Below are positions 60,435-64,000 of a stretch of 64,000 bases of DNA, in pieces. A program made the translations under genes and the position numbers. Source of the stretch: a virus (taxonomy: Duplodnaviria; Caudoviricetes); IMG/VR virus record IMGVR_UViG_3300047159_000046, one strand, 5' to 3'. Below the pieces are notes generated by a model, which saw nothing but the letters and a program-made list of their open reading frames with translations, made no database searches and was not told the origin of the DNA. Every line of letters begins with the position of its first letter. Positions within the stretch are counted from its first letter, which is position 1.

Positions 60435-61007
60435 TCAATTATCCACTTTTACAAATTTATCAAACACTATGCTGCTATGAGGATTTGTGGACATTATATC
60501 CTGATTTATTCCGTCTATTTTCCATTTCCACCATAAGAACTTATGGGCATAATGTTTGCTTATAACCTGCGTTATTGTATCTGATACCGTGGCAGTTATC
60601 AATCCGTCACATATATTCACATTGATATATTTATCGGCATAATCTTTGCACGAATCCATATAAACAGTATCAACTGGCAGATAGAACGTATCACTCTTTG
60701 CAACACTTGTGATATATTCCACTTTTGATTTCTTATTCCCTTGAAGCTGCTTAATCAGTTTTGCCTGTTGGGCACAATACTTTTTCAATTCCGAATTGTC
60801 ATACTGTAAAGCCTGAACCTGTGTCACTTTGGTAGTATCATTGATATAATACACCTTTTGTTTACCGTTAAGAACCTTTACATTGTTCTGGGATATTGAC
60901 AGGTCCTCTTTAAGACTTGATATTCTCTTGTATTGCAACACTATTGTAAGACAAAGCAATATGCAGATTATCGCAGCTATTATTATCGTTTTTATGTTAT
61001 TCAGCAT
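60435..61007 (-). CDS. Spanin-like/DUF6549-like membrane protein
   Basis: N-terminal TM helix, coiled coil, KFLWWKW..S.NPHS; coupled to the lysin gene. Confidence 0.6.
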   Translation of the reverse strand: MLNNIKTIIIAAIICILLCLTIVLQYKRISSLKEDLSISQNNVKVLNGKQKVYYINDTTKVTQVQALQYDNSELKKYCAQQAKLIKQLQGNKKSKVEYITSVAKSDTFYLPVDTVYMDSCKDYADKYINVNICDGLITATVSDTITQVISKHYAHKFLWWKWKIDGINQDIMSTNPHSSIVFDKFVKVDN

Positions 61008-61521
61008 AATTGTATATATTTAATCTGTTTATCCACCCATTTAGAAATACTTTTTGTTTCGGATTCTTTGAAACTATCAGATTGTATTTTTCCTTTCGGG
61101 CATCTTTGATATCCTCAAACAGTTCTTTCTGGTTGGCATTGTTTATTTTTGCCAATGATACAGGACCTATCTTTCCATCACTTGGAACTTTAAGGACATA
61201 AGCCTGAATCCATTTGATTGCAGAAATGACACCAGAATTAAAACCAAAATCAACAAGAATATTGGCTATTGACTGATTTTTGATTTCATCTGCTTTCCAT
61301 GGATTCCAATACATCGTTTTGACAATATCACACCATTCATCATCTGAAATATGTTTCAAATCGTCAACATCTGGCTCCTCTTTTCCGTGTTTAAGTCTCC
61401 AGTTCTTGAATGTGCTTAATGTTATTCCCCTCATTGTGGCTCCTCCATTATCGTTTTTATTGTTGGAAAAACCGCCTTCCGCCTTTGTTATAAAAGGTAT
61501 TATCTTCTTTATTTCTGACAT
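60997..61521 (-). CDS. Endolysin, glycoside hydrolase family 108 with a PG-binding domain
   Basis: EGGFSNNKNDNGGATMRGIT, DGKIGP, FLNGWINR. Confidence 0.92.
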   Translation of the reverse strand: MSEIKKIIPFITKAEGGFSNNKNDNGGATMRGITLSTFKNWRLKHGKEEPDVDDLKHISDDEWCDIVKTMYWNPWKADEIKNQSIANILVDFGFNSGVISAIKWIQAYVLKVPSDGKIGPVSLAKINNANQKELFEDIKDARKEKYNLIVSKNPKQKVFLNGWINRLNIYNYAE

Positions 61522-61748
61522 TTTTTAAAATAATTTTTCAAATAATTCTTGCAATAGATATACACTTCCTGTCTGGCGGTATTTTGATTCCGCTCATCCT
61601 GACTCTGATATATTTTTGCTATTGCATCTTTTACGTTTTCGAGAGTTCCTTCCTCCTCTGACAGTCTAAGAGTGTCCTCTACTACTGGCTTTAACACCTG
61701 ATTTTCCCAATCAAGCGAGCCATCCCATGTATTTATCAATAATTCCAT
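61509..61748 (-). CDS. Hypothetical late protein heading the lysis operon
   Basis: 79 aa; TATTTAT at 61765. Confidence 0.6.
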   Translation of the reverse strand: MELLINTWDGSLDWENQVLKPVVEDTLRLSEEEGTLENVKDAIAKIYQSQDERNQNTARQEVYIYCKNYLKNYFKKCQK

Positions 61749-61895
61749 AGTTCTTTTTTTTATAATAAATAGTAATATTTAAATGATAAGATTTTTTATT
61801 ATTTTTAATATTTAATAAAAAAAACATAAAAAACATTACTTTTTATTTGTAGATATAAATAAAAAACAGTATCTTTGTAAATGTAAAAGAAATAA

Positions 61896-61969
61896 GGACC
61901 CTTAGCTCAGTTGGTTAGAGCACCTGACTCATAATCAGGGAGTCTTTGGTTCAAGTCCAAAAGGGTCCA
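61896..61969 (+). tRNA. tRNA-Ile2/Met (CAT), most likely Ile2
   Basis: GGACCCT/AGGGTCC acceptor, CCTGA-CTCATAA-TCAGG; promoter TATCTTTG near 61870. Confidence 0.9.
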
Positions 61970-62109
61970 CAGCGTTTATCAATTTTGTTTTAAACTGTGT
62001 TTAAAATATGATAAACCGAGTTTTTTGTATTTTATAAAGTCTGGTTTCAGATTGATGTCATCAAATGATGACATATTTATAAAATTGAAGCCAAATGATG
62101 ATTTTTTCT

Positions 62110-62181
62110 GGTTCATTAGTTCAACGGATAGAACAGAAGATTTCTAATCTTCCAATGTAAGTTCGATTCTTACATGGACCA
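62110..62181 (+). tRNA. tRNA-Arg (TCT)
   Basis: GAAGA-TTTCTAA-TCTTC, GTTCGATTC. Confidence 0.9.
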
Positions 62182-62191
62182 CTTTTATAAT

Positions 62192-62367
62192 AATACATTG
62201 ATAATATCACCTTGATTAATATGCGATATTTAATATTACAGGTGATTTAGACGATGGTTTGATTTGATTGAATATGAGTCCCTTCCCTACGAGGATCCAA
62301 ACGGGAATGGCCTAACTGATATTCTTATTCTAAAAAGGACAAACTCTACCATTCAAGTCAATGTATT
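62192..62367 (+). ncRNA. Candidate structured ncRNA (176 nt) between tRNA-Arg and tRNA-Asn
   Basis: 10-bp closing stem AATACATTGA/TCAATGTATT; inner stems ATCACCT/AGGTGAT, ATGGT/ACCAT, GTCC/GGAC, TTCCC/GGGAA. Confidence 0.55.
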
Positions 62368-62372
62368 TGTAT

Positions 62373-62446
62373 TCTTCTTTAGCTCAGTTAGTTAGAGCGT
62401 CTGACTGTTAATCAGAAGGTCTTTGGTGCAAGTCCAAAAAGAAGAG
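62373..62446 (+). tRNA. tRNA-Asn (GTT)
   Basis: TCTTCTT/AAGAAGA, TCTGA-CTGTTAA-TCAGA; atypical T-loop TGCAAGT. Confidence 0.88.
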
Positions 62447-62462
62447 CTTTTAAAATATTGGC

Positions 62463-62533
62463 AGACTGTATAGATTAACGTCAAATCACACATCGTTTAA
62501 ATGTGAGTATCTGGTCCAATTCCAGAGCAGTCA
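62463..62533 (+). tRNA. Non-canonical tRNA-Lys(TTT)-like RNA
   Basis: GACTGT/GCAGTC, GATT/AATC, CACAT-CGTTTAA-ATGTG (G33), TCTGG-TCCAATT-CCAGA. Confidence 0.55.
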
Positions 62534-62542
62534 CGGTCAGTA

Positions 62543-62615
62543 GTCGGCATAGTTTAGTTAAGAGCACCAGAGTAGTATCTGGAGACGACAGTATCTTGAA
62601 AACTGTCTGCCGATT
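62543..62615 (+). ncRNA. tRNA-like cloverleaf with a 6-nt anticodon loop and enlarged T-loop
   Basis: GTCGGCA/TGCCGAT, GTTT/GAGC, CCAGA-GTAGTA-TCTGG, GACAGT-ATCTTGAAA-ACTGTC. Confidence 0.55.
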
Positions 62616-62621
62616 TTATTT

Positions 62622-62704
62622 TGAGTGGTTCCTGAGTAGTCAAAAGGGACAGACTGTAAATCTGTTGGCGTAAGCCTTCGTAGGTGCGAATCCTACCCGC
62701 TCAA
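62622..62704 (+). tRNA. tRNA-Tyr (GTA)
   Basis: ACAGA-CTGTAAA-TCTGT, long variable arm GGC-GTAA-GCC, T-loop TGCGAAT. Confidence 0.9.
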
Positions 62705-62706
62705 CT

Positions 62707-62832
62707 TTGACATCTTTATCATGATGAGAATGCTGTAAAAGGCTGCGCAATGTGGAATTCATTGCAGGAACCTCCATAACCATGAACAAAAACATGGCGA
62801 AAGTCACACTCCAATGCGCAGGGAGATGTCAA
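62707..62832 (+). ncRNA. Candidate structured ncRNA (126 nt) after tRNA-Tyr
   Basis: TTGACATCT/AGATGTCAA closing stem, CTGCGCA/TGCGCAG, CCATG/CATGG. Confidence 0.55.
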
Positions 62833-62921
62833 GTGTGGCAAGATTCCTTGACCGAGTAAAGGTCCATCATGGTTGTCGGAGCAATACTATCAATGTAAAA
62901 ATTCTTGGTATTGTCTCCTAT

Positions 62922-62993
62922 GCGGAATTAGCTCAGTGATAGAGCGTCTCACCTCCAATGAGAAGGTCGAGGGTCTGAATCCCTTATTCCGCT
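62922..62993 (+). tRNA. tRNA-Gly (TCC), atypical
   Basis: GCGGAAT/ATTCCGC plus U73; TCTCA-CCTCCAA-TGAGA (C33); T-loop TCTGAAT. Confidence 0.8.
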
Positions 62994-62997
62994 CAAT

Positions 62998-63033
62998 AAA
63001 TTTGCTCCCGACATTTATGTCGGGAGCAAATTT
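62998..63033. repeat. Perfect palindrome (REP-like or terminator) closing the tRNA operon
   Basis: AAATTTGCTCCCGACAT-TT-ATGTCGGGAGCAAATTT. Confidence 0.75.
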
Positions 63034-63047
63034 CACTTTATATCAAT

Positions 63048-63389
63048 ATGAGAAAGATAAGCAAAGACGATTTTTCAAAAATTATTGCGCATTTAATAAA
63101 CGAATATGAGATATCCTGCAAGTATTTGGATTTATTAAAGGTAGAAAATCCGTTGTCCACAGAGAATCAAAAAGGAGACGAACTGTTTTTATCCCTGCTG
63201 TTTGATAAGGAACAAATAAGTTGGATAGACTGGTATATTTATGATTATATATGTTCTCCCGTTCATAAAATCATAAAGAATCCAAGCATCAACACGGCAC
63301 GCTCTTTTGATAAAGAAGGAAAGCCCATAGCTTATGATGTGGACTCTTTATATGATTGGTTGTTTACGAAACCGATAAAGTACAAATAG
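63048..63389 (+). CDS. Hypothetical protein
   Basis: 113 aa; WIDWYIYD, DVDSLYDWL. Confidence 0.65.
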   Translation: MRKISKDDFSKIIAHLINEYEISCKYLDLLKVENPLSTENQKGDELFLSLLFDKEQISWIDWYIYDYICSPVHKIIKNPSINTARSFDKEGKPIAYDVDSLYDWLFTKPIKYK

Positions 63390-63422
63390 AGACTCACTTA
63401 CCAACTATATATAAGGCTTGAA

Positions 63423-63971
63423 TCAGGCCTGAACCGAACAGGATTTCTTTTCCTGCTCGGTTTTTTTAGCTTCTTTTATTATTGAGTCTATTCTTTCGGC
63501 ATCCCTGACATAATCCTTTTTGTTCCAATCGTCAAAGAATATAAATCCATTTATACTGGCATTATATACTTTAAGTTCATCTTTCATAAACTGATAAACC
63601 ATATATATGAACACTCCTGTTCTTTTTTCTGCAATATCAAGTATGCTGTACATATCGGTTGCCAATTCATGTATAACAATCTTATCGTCATACAAAAAAC
63701 ATATATGAGGGGTATTCTTATGTATTTCACACAATACCACCTTTGTCATATATTCGGCAAAATACATCTGGTACTTGAAACTGTTATTATCATAGAAATT
63801 GAACTTTGCCTCAAAAAACTCGTCATAAATCCATTCATCAACCGTTTTAAACACACCCTTTAATATCAGTTTCATTTTATCGCTTTCGGTTGAGAACTGA
63901 TACATTTTCCTATACTCACGCAATACATTCTTTACTCCACGATCCTTTACCCCCTTTTTCCGTTTGTACAA
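63423..63971 (-). CDS. Hypothetical protein (start uncertain)
   Basis: 182-aa ORF near the window edge. Confidence 0.55.
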   Translation of the reverse strand: MYKRKKGVKDRGVKNVLREYRKMYQFSTESDKMKLILKGVFKTVDEWIYDEFFEAKFNFYDNNSFKYQMYFAEYMTKVVLCEIHKNTPHICFLYDDKIVIHELATDMYSILDIAEKRTGVFIYMVYQFMKDELKVYNASINGFIFFDDWNKKDYVRDAERIDSIIKEAKKTEQEKKSCSVQA

Positions 63972-64000
63972 TATCAGTCTTGTATGTATATTTCCTTTTG

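Noticed and set aside
62718-62805. Hammerhead or theta (HDV-like) ribozyme in the tRNA spacer
   Set aside because: ATGATGAG..CGAAA resembles but does not match the CUGAUGA core with the required stems, and no HDV nested pseudoknot could be built after any tRNA.
62922-62993. tRNA-Trp (CCA) reading of the last tRNA
   Set aside because: The stem register places TCC at 34-36, and the GCGG acceptor with U73 is Gly identity.
62873-63109. 78-aa ORF overlapping tRNA-Gly, and many short antisense ORFs across the window
   Set aside because: They overlap RNA genes or well-supported opposite-strand CDSs and have no recognisable motifs.
1-64000. Lak/crAss-type TAG (or TGA) stop-codon reassignment
   Set aside because: Structural and lysis genes are full length in code 11, gene breaks are frameshifts rather than in-frame stops, and no CTA/TCA suppressor tRNA is seen.

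Overview
A 64-kb, AT-rich segment of a large T4-like (Lak/RM378-style) jumbo myophage. The host is probably Bacteroidales, since Bacteroidetes TTTG-N19-21-TAnnTTTG promoters precede the early and middle genes. The standard genetic code fits. The window holds: the head module (terminase large subunit, portal, prohead protease with a mini-intein, scaffold/core proteins, major capsid protein); neck and baseplate genes; a gp55-like late sigma factor; RecA/UvsX, an SNF2 helicase, RuvC, SSB, a DnaN clamp, an adenine methylase and a ClpC-like ATPase; a GH108 lysin with a spanin-like gene; eight glycosyltransferase genes; two tnpA-deleted IS607-TnpB elements; a 108-bp tandem-repeat ori/pac-like region; and a tRNA cluster interleaved with tRNA-like and other structured RNAs. 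The most notable signal is a dispersed family of late genes. Each has a TATTTAT late-promoter motif and an N-terminal 'MRRVRLTE...I/L-N-E' type leader ending in a predicted prohead-protease site, fused to unrelated cargo. This suggests a modular capsid-cargo loading and injection system. Four homopolymer frameshifts are present; most are probably long-read errors. All family calls come from motif recognition by eye, not from database searches.
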